Source of the DNA: a virus
DNA length: 64,000 bases
Direction: 5' to 3' (one strand)
Virus record (IMG/VR): IMGVR_UViG_3300050144_000106
Shown here: in pieces, positions 16,052 to 25,028 of the stretch
Numbering within the stretch: position 1 is the first letter of the stretch
How the letters are laid out: every line of letters starts with the position of its first letter
Notes under the pieces: model-generated
Told to the model about the DNA's origin: nothing
The model's database searches: none
Seen by the model: the letters and a program-made list of their open reading frames with translations, nothing else
Made by a program: the position numbers and the translations under genes

Positions 16052-16798
16052 TTACATCCCCACCGAGCGGCGAACCTTCATGCTCTTCTTGCGAGCCATG
16101 TTGGCCTTGGCCCCGTGAGACTTCGTCTGCATCTTGCGGGTTGCCGCCCGCTGCGCCGGCGTTCGATGCACCGTGCCGCTGATGCGCTTGCGCACCGTGA
16201 CCTTCTTGCCATGCTTGATGGCTATTTTTTTGCCGTAAGCCGCATCAAACGCGGACAACGTCACATTCGGGTCGCCAAAAGCAAAGTCGTCCATGTCGCC
16301 CAGCGATTCATCTTCACCGCTGGGCAAGGAATCCACCAAGACGCTGATGATGCGCTCGCCGGCGGCGTTGGCCTCGTCCGGGTCGTCGCTGTTGAACATA
16401 GTGTCCAAGTCATCCTCAGAGATGCCTTTGTCCACCATGTAATCCCAGGCCGCTCGGGCGGCGTCCAAGTAGATGGCTTGTTCGTTTTCGTCAAGCTCGC
16501 CGGATTGATCGGCATCGGCAATGCCAATCAGCATGGCCACCAGGCGGTCGCAAGCGCCCTCGCCTGCACCCAGCGGAGGGGATTCCTCAGCATCAGCCCA
16601 CACCTGCACAGCGCTGGCGGCTTGCACGCGGATGTTTTGCTGCGCGTACGTCGCGGCGGCGGCGTTGACCGTCGCGCCATCCAAAGCGGGTTTGCCAGTT
16701 GGCCCGCAGCCGTCGAGGGAGGGGCGCCCGGTGCCAGATCCGGAAGCGGAAGTGGCTTGAAGTGCTTGAGCAATCGCTCGGTATTGCGGTGTCGTCAT
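16052..16798 (-). CDS. Acidic protein with strongly basic C-terminal tail (248 aa)
   Basis: Asp/Glu-rich middle, with the C-terminus KKVTVRKRISG...RKMQTKSHGAKANMARKKSMKVRR. Confidence 0.55.
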   Translation of the reverse strand: MTTPQYRAIAQALQATSASGSGTGRPSLDGCGPTGKPALDGATVNAAAATYAQQNIRVQAASAVQVWADAEESPPLGAGEGACDRLVAMLIGIADADQSGELDENEQAIYLDAARAAWDYMVDKGISEDDLDTMFNSDDPDEANAAGERIISVLVDSLPSGEDESLGDMDDFAFGDPNVTLSAFDAAYGKKIAIKHGKKVTVRKRISGTVHRTPAQRAATRKMQTKSHGAKANMARKKSMKVRRSVGM

Positions 16799-16821
16799 CG
16801 TTGTCCTCCTTGCGCCGGGTC

Positions 16822-18462
16822 TCAGCGCAAAACTTGGGTGATCTCGGAGCGGCGGTTGCAGCCGTCGTAGTGCAGCCAGTACGTGATGTGTACGGTGTCA
16901 ACCGCATCTTGCGCTTGTGTGGTGACGCTGTACTCGTAAGGCGGGATGTCTTGGCCTTCGATGTCCGTGCCAACCGTCAGCCAGCCTGACGATGTCGCGC
17001 GAGAGAAAATGGCCTCAAGCTGTCGCTCGACAAAGCGCTTCTTTTCGGCTTGGGGGAGGAAGCGGGTTTCTTGATCCAGGCGCACCACCATTTCGTCGAT
17101 GTGTGACGCCATTTCCGCCACCGAGATGAGCTTGCGCCAGCTGGTGGTGCTGTTTGCCGCTGTCAAGCAATCGGCGAACACGATGAGCGTGCCATCGGCG
17201 TAGGCCTCGGGCAACACTGGGTTGATCTTGGATTTGGCCAAGTCAGAGCGCACGTCATCCCAGCTGGTGGTAGGCGTGAAAATCAGGCTCGCCAGCGTGC
17301 GACCCAGCGGGTAGTCATGCCCGGCTACCGGATGGTTTTTGGCAGCAAACCCGTACGCATTGGTTACGGCATTGCGGGCGCAGCGCTGCCCGGCTTGGTT
17401 GCCGCTGGTGCCAAAAACGGCCATGCCGCCGTTCAGCGGGTCTAAAGCCTTGGTGGGCGCCCAGTAAAACTGGGGATACCAATCGTGGCCGCCGTTGCCT
17501 ACATCAAACTGCTGCACCCATGCAATCGCTGCGGCGGCATTCAGCGTGCCTGGCACATCCACAATGAGCTGGCGGTTGCGTTGGTAAGACAGCTCGATAA
17601 GGTTGCTGATAAAGCTCACCGAGGTGCAGCCGGCCGTAATCATGTAGCCGTAGGGATCCCAGGTGTTGGCCAAAGCCTCGTAGGCTTTGATGTAGGGGTC
17701 GCTTACCGTGCCGCCGTACTCCGGATCGCTTTCGATGAAGTACATCATCAGCCCCGATGTGGCCCATTTCAGCGCGCCGGCGGCTTTGCCGTACCCGTCG
17801 TCGGTGGACGAGATCGCCGCCCCGGTTTTGATGCTCCACTTGAGCACGTCACCCAGAAAGCGCTCACTCACATCCGGCAGGTACAAGCTCAGCCCCGAAT
17901 CGTCCGTCGCTGTGGGGTCGAGTGACCCGGTGATGCTGTGAATTTCGATGTTGTCGGCATCGATCACTTTGACGGTGATCGTCTTGGCGGGCGAGCTGGA
18001 AGTGCTGCCCACGGCATCGGCATGCACTTTGATGCGAATGCCATCCGAATGGCAAAGCATGTGCTGCACGGCAAAGGTGTAGTCATCGCCAGCCGCAGGC
18101 GCAGTCGCCGACAGCGTGAACGTTGACGTGGCGCCGCTGCCAAACACGATCCAGCTAAGGGATTGCGAGCCATCCACCAGGCGTTGCACCACCAGGCTGT
18201 TGGCCCCCTTGCGCAAGCATTCGTAGGCAATCACCATGGCCTCGTTGGCCGAGGCAGCAGCAATACTTCCAGGCTTGCCCAGTTTGAGCCGAAAGTCGCT
18301 CTTGCGCACCACAAAGGGCTTGTCGATGCGCCCGCGCCGGGCGCTTAAAGCCAGTGCGACGACTTGATCCCAAGTGCCCAGATTGCCAGTCTGCGAAGAC
18401 TGGTCTTGCAAGGGGTTCAGCTGGGTGCCTGCTTGGCTGCCCAGTTGGCGTACAAAGCTCAT
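16822..18462 (-). CDS. Tail sheath-like protein (546 aa)
   Basis: The size and the C-terminal pattern KINPVLPEAYADGTLIVFADCLT...WRKLISVAEMASHIDEMV...FLP...FVERQLEAIF...GWL are reminiscent of contractile sheath C-domains. A distant match at best. Confidence 0.5.
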   Translation of the reverse strand: MSFVRQLGSQAGTQLNPLQDQSSQTGNLGTWDQVVALALSARRGRIDKPFVVRKSDFRLKLGKPGSIAAASANEAMVIAYECLRKGANSLVVQRLVDGSQSLSWIVFGSGATSTFTLSATAPAAGDDYTFAVQHMLCHSDGIRIKVHADAVGSTSSSPAKTITVKVIDADNIEIHSITGSLDPTATDDSGLSLYLPDVSERFLGDVLKWSIKTGAAISSTDDGYGKAAGALKWATSGLMMYFIESDPEYGGTVSDPYIKAYEALANTWDPYGYMITAGCTSVSFISNLIELSYQRNRQLIVDVPGTLNAAAAIAWVQQFDVGNGGHDWYPQFYWAPTKALDPLNGGMAVFGTSGNQAGQRCARNAVTNAYGFAAKNHPVAGHDYPLGRTLASLIFTPTTSWDDVRSDLAKSKINPVLPEAYADGTLIVFADCLTAANSTTSWRKLISVAEMASHIDEMVVRLDQETRFLPQAEKKRFVERQLEAIFSRATSSGWLTVGTDIEGQDIPPYEYSVTTQAQDAVDTVHITYWLHYDGCNRRSEITQVLR

Positions 18463-18800
18463 TGGCCAACTCCTTTCTTGGGTCGTTTGGCGGCGGGTGC
18501 GGCTTCAGCAGCCGCCGGCGCGTCTTGCGGGAGGGGTGTCGCTTGGAGAACCGTCATGGGGTAAATCTCGTCAAGCTCCCGGCCGTGAAGACGCGCCTGA
18601 GCGCCAACTTTTTTGACAAAGATGGCGAGTTCAGCCTGCGTTGCAAAACTGACCTGTGCGTTGCTGTAGGGCGCCACACCGATGCGGGCGCCGGTACGGC
18701 ACAACGTCATCGGGGTGTTGTTTTGCACCTCGATGACAACCGGAAACGATGCGGCCTCTTGTTCGCACAAGAGCGCCGCCACAGTGGGCGTGTCACTCAT
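18459..18800 (-). CDS. Hypothetical structural protein (113 aa)
   Basis: 4-nt overlap with the sheath-like gene. Confidence 0.5.
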   Translation of the reverse strand: MSDTPTVAALLCEQEAASFPVVIEVQNNTPMTLCRTGARIGVAPYSNAQVSFATQAELAIFVKKVGAQARLHGRELDEIYPMTVLQATPLPQDAPAAAEAAPAAKRPKKGVGQ

Positions 18801-18809
18801 GGGGGCCGA

Positions 18810-20597
18810 TCAGGTGTTCACCAGGCCGGTGACCTTGATGTAGCCCACGCCCTGGCGGAACAACTCGTGCTTGTTCAGCTCGGTGGCCGACTTGCCCCAC
18901 AACAGGCTGCGCACATCGTTGCCGCTTTGAGATGCCAGCGGCGTCAGGGTTGCGGCCACCGGATCAGCAACGATGATCGTGCTGCGCGCAGTCGACGTGC
19001 CACGGCCGATGGTGAGCACTTCGGTGGTGCCGGCGGCGTCATCGTTGTCTAGCACGCCCTGGGTAGCCAAGTCCTTGGGGATCCAGTAGACATCGATGCC
19101 CTGATTGGTCAGGCGACCCATCCGGAAAATGCCCGGCGCCTTGGGAATACCCGATGGCTGGAAGTGGGTCGCGGGCAGCGCCTCGATGTACTGTGCCAGC
19201 AGGCCCGTGCAGTAGATGGTGTCGATACCGTGATCCTGCGTGGCCGCCGCCATATTGGCGGATTGGCTGGAGAGCACTGGCAGGAAATCCAACATCACAT
19301 GAGCGATGTTGAGCTGCTGCTCACGCACCTGCCAATTCATATCCCAAGTGTCGGAGAGCTTGGTGGATGCCTTAGCCACCGACTTAAGCCGCTTGAGCGC
19401 CATCATGTAGCGCTCAGCCAGCACTTTGGAGCGGCCAAACATGTTGGCCGCGCTGAACAGGTCAGTACCCGTTTCAGCCTGGGCTTGCTGCATCGCCACC
19501 ATTGAGCCGATCACATGCGCCATATAGGGTTTGGCCACGTAATCATGCACGTCGAACTGCGAACCCACCACCGGTAGCATGTCCGCGTGGCCTTCGTAGT
19601 CGGCGTAGCCCACCAGCTCGATGAGCGTGCCGGCCGGCAAAGCCGTGTCAAAGCGCACCGAGTAAGCGCCCGTCAAAGCGTTCACGGTAGATGCCGTGAG
19701 GGTGTGGGTCGCGTTGGCCGCATCAACGTAGTAGCCCACCAGCGTCGCTTGCCCCGCACCATTACCGCGGTTCATGGCGCTGCCAAACGCTGCGTTGGTA
19801 GGCTCCACACCAACGGTCAAGCCGTTGACGCGCACCTCGGTCAGGCCAGCCATCAGCGGCAGCGCCGTGGAGCCATTTGTTTTGGTTCGGAACGTGCCCG
19901 TGAAAGCGGTCGCGCCGCCACCGTTGGTGGATAGCGTGATGATGCGCTCGCTCATGATGTAGGGCTTGAAGCCGTACAGGCCGTCGATCACATCCTTGTT
20001 CGCGTATTCCGCCCAGTCGCTGCCGGCAATGCCGCGCACAACCCCCAGGCGGAAGTTGCTCATGCCGCCCGCATCCGCCGCAGCCGGCGCGCGGCCAGCA
20101 AACGGGATTTCCTCACCCAGCAGCTGCATCACCGCCGTCGTCACCGGGCCGGCGGTCAGCGCGTAGGTGTTGGACTGACTCGCGCTGCTGGCGCCCACAT
20201 CGTCAAACACATGGCGGCGGCCGAAGTGCTGGCACTTCTGGCTATAAGCGTCGCTCATGCCCTTGACGCTGGCCAAGATGCCGGCCAGCGTGTCGGCGCT
20301 GGCTTCGCGGCCATGCTTGCTCTTGTAGGCCGCCAGCCCTTGTGCAACAGAATCCAACGCAATGCCGCGCTGGAGCTTGGGAACCAAGCCCAAGAAATCG
20401 GACAGCGGCTTTGGCAAGCCATTCGCGCCGGCGACATTGGCCTTCTCGCCAATAGCGGCGTCAAGGGCTGCTTCAAGCTCTTGTGAATTTTTGCCGCCAA
20501 CGCTCAGCATTTCGCCCGGCTTGACGCTATCAAAAATGGCGCGGGTGACCACCACGCCTTCGGCTTCCAACAGGCCGTCTTCGGTTTCGCTGCTCAT
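18810..20597 (-). CDS. Large virion protein (595 aa), candidate major capsid protein
   Basis: Start set to ATG 20597 (MSSETEDG...) with AAGGAA upstream. Assigned from size, composition and position only. Confidence 0.4.
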   Translation of the reverse strand: MSSETEDGLLEAEGVVVTRAIFDSVKPGEMLSVGGKNSQELEAALDAAIGEKANVAGANGLPKPLSDFLGLVPKLQRGIALDSVAQGLAAYKSKHGREASADTLAGILASVKGMSDAYSQKCQHFGRRHVFDDVGASSASQSNTYALTAGPVTTAVMQLLGEEIPFAGRAPAAADAGGMSNFRLGVVRGIAGSDWAEYANKDVIDGLYGFKPYIMSERIITLSTNGGGATAFTGTFRTKTNGSTALPLMAGLTEVRVNGLTVGVEPTNAAFGSAMNRGNGAGQATLVGYYVDAANATHTLTASTVNALTGAYSVRFDTALPAGTLIELVGYADYEGHADMLPVVGSQFDVHDYVAKPYMAHVIGSMVAMQQAQAETGTDLFSAANMFGRSKVLAERYMMALKRLKSVAKASTKLSDTWDMNWQVREQQLNIAHVMLDFLPVLSSQSANMAAATQDHGIDTIYCTGLLAQYIEALPATHFQPSGIPKAPGIFRMGRLTNQGIDVYWIPKDLATQGVLDNDDAAGTTEVLTIGRGTSTARSTIIVADPVAATLTPLASQSGNDVRSLLWGKSATELNKHELFRQGVGYIKVTGLVNT

Positions 20598-20676
20598 CTC
20601 GTTCCTTTTGGCGCTTTTCGCCGCTGGCGCGGCGCGAGGCCGCTGTAAATCCTGAAGGGGAGTTTTGGGCAGCGAA

Positions 20677-21225
20677 TTAGCCCGGCGCCGGTGGATTACC
20701 GACTGCGGAACTTGGCCCGCTAGGCACCTGCTCAAGCGGGATGCCCTTCAGCTGCGCCAGCTCTTGGCGGGCCTCGCCAATGGCTGCATCGACTTCGGCA
20801 ATTTGCCTAACGAGTTCCGCTTCCATGTTCGGGGCGGCAGTTTTGATGCCTTCCGGTGGCTTCATCTTTAGCGCGGCTTGGCGCTTTTGGAATGCGGCGC
20901 GGCCGGTATCGAGCTTGCCGACCAGCTCTTGCGCCGCCTTTGTCGGGTCATCCTGCGCAGCAATGGGCGCTAGCTTGCCGTTGATCTGCACTTGGCCGAT
21001 GTCTCCGGACTCCTTGACCCGTAGCGTGAGCACCTGCCCATCCGCCAGGTTGATCGTGGCGTCGCGGTACTTAACCGAGCTGGCGCGCTTGGTTTTGCCG
21101 TCACTGGTCGCATCCACCACTTGCATGCCCGCGCGGGTGAGCATCGTCACCACGCGGCGCAGCGCCTTGGCCGGGTTGGTGGCCAGGCCTTCAAAGTCGA
21201 TCAAGAGCGTGTTCATGCCCAGCAC
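20677..21225 (-). CDS. Hypothetical structural or scaffold-like protein (182 aa)
   Basis: C-terminal coiled coil (AELVRQIAEVDAAIGEARQELAQLKG). Confidence 0.5.
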   Translation of the reverse strand: MLGMNTLLIDFEGLATNPAKALRRVVTMLTRAGMQVVDATSDGKTKRASSVKYRDATINLADGQVLTLRVKESGDIGQVQINGKLAPIAAQDDPTKAAQELVGKLDTGRAAFQKRQAALKMKPPEGIKTAAPNMEAELVRQIAEVDAAIGEARQELAQLKGIPLEQVPSGPSSAVGNPPAPG

Positions 21226-21317
21226 TGTGCGCAGTCCGGCGCGGCGAGGGGAGGCCGATTACCGTGCCGGCCTACACGCCGGCGCACAAATTTTTAAGCC
21301 AAAGCCAAAAAAACAGC

Positions 21318-21346
21318 TTGCCACTTTTTGATTTATGTGCATAATT
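21318..21346 (+). promoter_or_regulatory. Sigma70-type promoter candidate for the plus-strand moron
   Basis: TTGCCA (21318-21323), 17-nt spacer ending in TGc, then ATAATT (21341-21346). An A-rich tract lies upstream and a C9 run (21390-21398) lies in the leader. Confidence 0.5.
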
Positions 21347-21415
21347 CAAAACATCGCAGCAAGCGACACCGTACCGAGCGGCTTCTCGGCCCCCCCCCAC
21401 CACCGAGGACTCATC

Positions 21416-21706
21416 ATGAAAATCGTCATCCAGATCGCCGACATCGTCACAACGGCAGCGTTTGCTCGAGTCGAGCAAGCCGCCGCTGCAACGCTCCTCA
21501 ACCACGCATCGTTCAACGGGGACGAAATTTCTGTGGAGTGGGGGGATTGCATCTGCATTGCGGAGGGTGACGATCACCGCGAAGCACCCGCTCTGTATCA
21601 GCTGGTGCAAGACGTTGTGTCCGGTGGGTCGTTTGATCGCAACGGCCCGTATATCGAGGTTCCCTACGCCGGCGGCGGGGTTTATTTAGCTCAAGCTGAG
21701 GCGTAA
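21416..21706 (+). CDS. Moron gene 1: small acidic protein (96 aa)
   Basis: ATG 21416 with GAGGA 6 nt upstream. It is on the opposite strand to the surrounding late genes. Confidence 0.6.
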   Translation: MKIVIQIADIVTTAAFARVEQAAAATLLNHASFNGDEISVEWGDCICIAEGDDHREAPALYQLVQDVVSGGSFDRNGPYIEVPYAGGGVYLAQAEA

Positions 21707-21768
21707 CGCCACCCACGCAAAAGCTCGCACGCAGCGAGCTTTTCTTGCCGCACCACGGAGATTCCGCA

Positions 21769-22338
21769 ATGCCCATCATATTTTTAAGCGGCCTAGCCCA
21801 AGAAAAAAACTTTGCTTTCGCACTGCTTGAATCTGTAGATGACTTAGACGGCTCGCCTTCCGAAGGCGCCTGCCGAATTGGGTTTGCCCGCGATCTAGTT
21901 GCGCAATTTGTGCGTCGACATGATCTTGACGGGGCCGACCAGGAAAGCATTACTCAAGCGCTGCTGAGGCCTCAAGGCCTACAGATCCCCGGCTGCCGAA
22001 GTGCAAAGCTGCGACGGGCAGAAGAAGTCGTTGCTCACGAATTTGCAACTTTGGCAGACATGGAAAGCCTGCTCGTCTACTACAAAAACAACGACGTTTA
22101 CCGGGACATGCTGAGCACAATGCCGCAGCACATCAGTAATGGCGCCGGCGGATCAGTTCCGAACGAGGCGTATTACGTCGCGCAAATGCGCGTCATGCGC
22201 GCGGTGGCCGGGTGCAGTGACCGTGGCGACTTGCACGGGATGCTGGACTTCTTGGCAGAAGACTGCCCCAGCGAGTACACACCCGCCGTGGTTGCCGCGA
22301 TCTCCGCGCAAATTGATGAGGCGGATTGGCCAAAATAA
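21769..22338 (+). CDS. Moron gene 2: hypothetical protein (189 aa)
   Basis: ATG 21769 preceded by GGAG. Confidence 0.6.
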   Translation: MPIIFLSGLAQEKNFAFALLESVDDLDGSPSEGACRIGFARDLVAQFVRRHDLDGADQESITQALLRPQGLQIPGCRSAKLRRAEEVVAHEFATLADMESLLVYYKNNDVYRDMLSTMPQHISNGAGGSVPNEAYYVAQMRVMRAVAGCSDRGDLHGMLDFLAEDCPSEYTPAVVAAISAQIDEADWPK

Positions 22339-22352
22339 CCCACCCCAAAGAC

Positions 22353-22574
22353 ATGCCAAGCACCAAGTTAAAAAAAGACGGCACACCAAAATCTAGTGGC
22401 GGCGCCAACCGTGGTCAGGGCCGTAAGCCGGCGGATGGCATTCCAAACAAGGAACAGCACAAGGCGCTAATTGATCCGGAGCTGTACGAGTACGCCAAAA
22501 AACTGGGCAAGGGTGTTTTGAGCGCCGGAATTACGCGGGCGCTACTGCACGCAAAAGACAGTGGGTTGAGCTGA
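22353..22574 (+). CDS. Moron gene 3: small basic protein (73 aa)
   Basis: Lys/Arg/Gly-rich N-terminus followed by a helical IDPELYEYAKKLGKGVLSAGITRALL. The start is uncertain (TTG 22326 or ATG 22353). Confidence 0.45.
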   Translation: MPSTKLKKDGTPKSSGGANRGQGRKPADGIPNKEQHKALIDPELYEYAKKLGKGVLSAGITRALLHAKDSGLS

Positions 22575-22579
22575 TGCCG

Positions 22580-23146
22580 TTAGGGTATTACGCCACCAGA
22601 CGGCCCGGCTGGCGTGTTGTGCGCGTGGGATGAGCCAACACTCACCCCGAGGTGCTTAATGTCCCCTCCGGTTGCGGATAGGCCAAGCATCAGCGTCAGC
22701 AGCTTTTGCAGGGTGACGGGGCCGCTGAACGTGGCCTCCCCCTTGAACTCAAAGTTCGGCGCTTCAAATACCAATTTTGTGCCGGCTTTGATGGTCATCG
22801 TGCCGTCCTTGGCTGATAGAGCCATGTCCGTGTCGGCCACGAGTTCGATTTTCTGCTGCGCAATGTGGCGCGTGCCTACCGCGTTGCCCTGCTGCGGGCA
22901 GCGGTAGCCGGTGATGATGGGGTACTTGGGGTTACCGCCCACAAAGTCCAGCCACACCAGAGCGCCGGGCTTGAGCTGGCGGTCGGTTTCGCGGCTGTCG
23001 TCGCCGACCGGGTAGCAAATATCCGCTTCCGGCAGCTGCTGCGCGCCGTCGGTCAAGCCAGGGATTTGCACGCGCACCACGCGGGTGGCGGCATCTACGC
23101 TGTCGATGATGCCGGGAGTCCAGCTCCCCAAACTAGCTCTGCTCAT
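22580..23146 (-). CDS. Baseplate central spike, P2 gpV-like (188 aa)
   Basis: The N-terminal OB-like segment reads G.I.SVDAATRVVRVQIPGL...P.GALVWLDFVGGNPKYPIITG. The C-terminal beta-helix-like repeats end in SSHAHN (an HxH apex motif). Confidence 0.7.
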   Translation of the reverse strand: MSRASLGSWTPGIIDSVDAATRVVRVQIPGLTDGAQQLPEADICYPVGDDSRETDRQLKPGALVWLDFVGGNPKYPIITGYRCPQQGNAVGTRHIAQQKIELVADTDMALSAKDGTMTIKAGTKLVFEAPNFEFKGEATFSGPVTLQKLLTLMLGLSATGGDIKHLGVSVGSSHAHNTPAGPSGGVIP

Positions 23147-23149
23147 TGC

Positions 23150-24046
23150 TCACGTCTTGATCTGGCCCAGCCACAGGCGGGTTTGTTGATTGGAGCCGCC
23201 GCCGTCCGCGTTGTTTTCCCAGAGGTGGGCGGCTGTAACGATGAGATGCTGACTTCCCGCCAGCGACACCACTTGCCCCGCGCGCAAAGCGCCCGACCAC
23301 TGCGCGTCTAGGCAACGCCGCACCGCCAACCACCGCCCCCAGTTGGTCAACACTCGCAGGGGCTGGCGCGGCAAGAAGGCGGCTCGGTGCGCTTGGGTAG
23401 CGCCCGGCGCTTGGATGACGGCGCCGCGCGGATCGCACGAATACGCCGAGATGGTCTCGAACTGCTCCAGCCAGTTGGATTCGATGACTTGGCCAGCATC
23501 GGAGTCCAGCGCATGCGCGGCCTTTTGGGCAAGCAAATCGGGGATGCGCTTGAAGTGCATCCTCGCGTCTTGCCACACAGGGCTGGCGAACTCTTCGGCC
23601 ATCAACTCAGCAAGGGCGTAGGTGGCCAAGTGGCCCTTGGGCACAAACATGCGCTGAATCGGCACATCGGTGCCCATGCGCGCCGTGGTGCCGCAAGAGC
23701 GGTAACACTCCACCATGCCCACGCCTTGTTTGACAACGGCCTTTTGCTGCGCCCACATCAGCGCCTGCATGCCATCGAGCACCCCAATGATTTGGCGCAG
23801 CTGCATGGACTCACCGTTTTGAGCCGCAGCGCTGGGGGGTTGATGCACTACCTTGATGATCCGGTAGAGGTCAAAGTCCGTGCCGGCCCGCAGCTTGCCG
23901 CCTTCAACCAGCAAATTTTGGGTGCTGGTATCTACGCGGATGGTGGCTTCCAGGGTGGAGGGCACCGGCGCCAGATCAAACCGCTGCACGATGCGCATCA
24001 CCATGTCGCCGCGCAATGCAGCGCCGTCCTCGGTGGCCAGCATCAT
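23150..24046 (-). CDS. Baseplate-associated protein (298 aa), possibly hub-like
   Basis: Assigned only because it lies immediately upstream of the spike gene. Confidence 0.35.
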   Translation of the reverse strand: MMLATEDGAALRGDMVMRIVQRFDLAPVPSTLEATIRVDTSTQNLLVEGGKLRAGTDFDLYRIIKVVHQPPSAAAQNGESMQLRQIIGVLDGMQALMWAQQKAVVKQGVGMVECYRSCGTTARMGTDVPIQRMFVPKGHLATYALAELMAEEFASPVWQDARMHFKRIPDLLAQKAAHALDSDAGQVIESNWLEQFETISAYSCDPRGAVIQAPGATQAHRAAFLPRQPLRVLTNWGRWLAVRRCLDAQWSGALRAGQVVSLAGSQHLIVTAAHLWENNADGGGSNQQTRLWLGQIKT

Positions 24047-24048
24047 GA

Positions 24049-24447
24049 TCAGTAGCCGTCCGGGAAGCCCACAGAGAACGGAGCGGCGCTAAATGCTTTG
24101 TTGGGCAATTCCTGTCGCATAGCCTCAATGGCCTGGGCGCATTCGGATGAGCTGCGCGGCGGAGATGGCATCCCCAGGCCGGCGCAGGACTCCAGCCGCA
24201 TCGCGTTGCCGTACTCCACCAGCAGGGAAAACATCGGCCCGATGACGCCCCACTCGCTTGGCGACACATCGGTTTCCGCCGTCACGCCGTCCAAAGTGCC
24301 ATTCCATGCAGGGTCTTCCAGCAGGCACCAGCCAGCCATCTCCTGGACTGCCGAAACTGCGCAGTTACGCACTTCGTGAGCATCCAAATAAAGCCCGCCG
24401 GTGGTGTGCCTTGCAAGAAGCTGGTTGGCGTATTCGCGGATCTTCAT
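24049..24447 (-). CDS. Hypothetical tail protein (132 aa)
   Basis: Tightly packed within the tail module. Confidence 0.45.
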   Translation of the reverse strand: MKIREYANQLLARHTTGGLYLDAHEVRNCAVSAVQEMAGWCLLEDPAWNGTLDGVTAETDVSPSEWGVIGPMFSLLVEYGNAMRLESCAGLGMPSPPRSSSECAQAIEAMRQELPNKAFSAAPFSVGFPDGY

Positions 24448-24450
24448 CGC

Positions 24451-24954
24451 TTACACGAGCAGTGGCGGAACGCTTGCGCCAAAGTAGTTGAACCAAATCG
24501 TGCCCGACGGAGTGACGATTTGGGTGCGGTTTTCAGCATCCGCGTCGAAGTTGTCCAACTTGAAAAAAGCCCCCACGATTTTCCAGCCGCCCCGGTGAGC
24601 ATCTATGGTGCCGTCATAAATCGTGGCGTCAAAGTAGCCGCCTTGAGCGACCACCCAGTTCACAAAGTTGCGCACTACATCGCTGGTGGTCTCCATGAGG
24701 GTGATGCCGCCGGTAAAGCGGGTATCTGGCGGGGTGGCGACGTACGTCGCCCCGCCGCCAGGGACGGCCACTTCGGCAGCTTCGCCGCTCGGGCTGAGGA
24801 ACGGCACCGGGAACTGCTTGAAGGCCAAGTACATGGCCTCCAGCCCGGCGGGAACCAGGGTGTAGGTGCTGGCGTTGCGCTTGTGGCCGGTGGCGGCTTG
24901 CAGCGCAAACTGCTGCTGTTGTAGGGCGGGCGAGGCAATGATGGGCATGGGCAA
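24451..24954 (-). CDS. Hypothetical tail protein (167 aa)
   Basis: Tightly packed within the tail module. Beta-rich composition. Confidence 0.45.
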   Translation of the reverse strand: MPMPIIASPALQQQQFALQAATGHKRNASTYTLVPAGLEAMYLAFKQFPVPFLSPSGEAAEVAVPGGGATYVATPPDTRFTGGITLMETTSDVVRNFVNWVVAQGGYFDATIYDGTIDAHRGGWKIVGAFFKLDNFDADAENRTQIVTPSGTIWFNYFGASVPPLLV

Positions 24955-25028
24955 CCTTTAGCTGTTGAGCGTTGCCCTGAGCTTTGAGCGGTTTGGCTGC
25001 CCGGCCCGCTGGAATTACCGCGCCCGCA

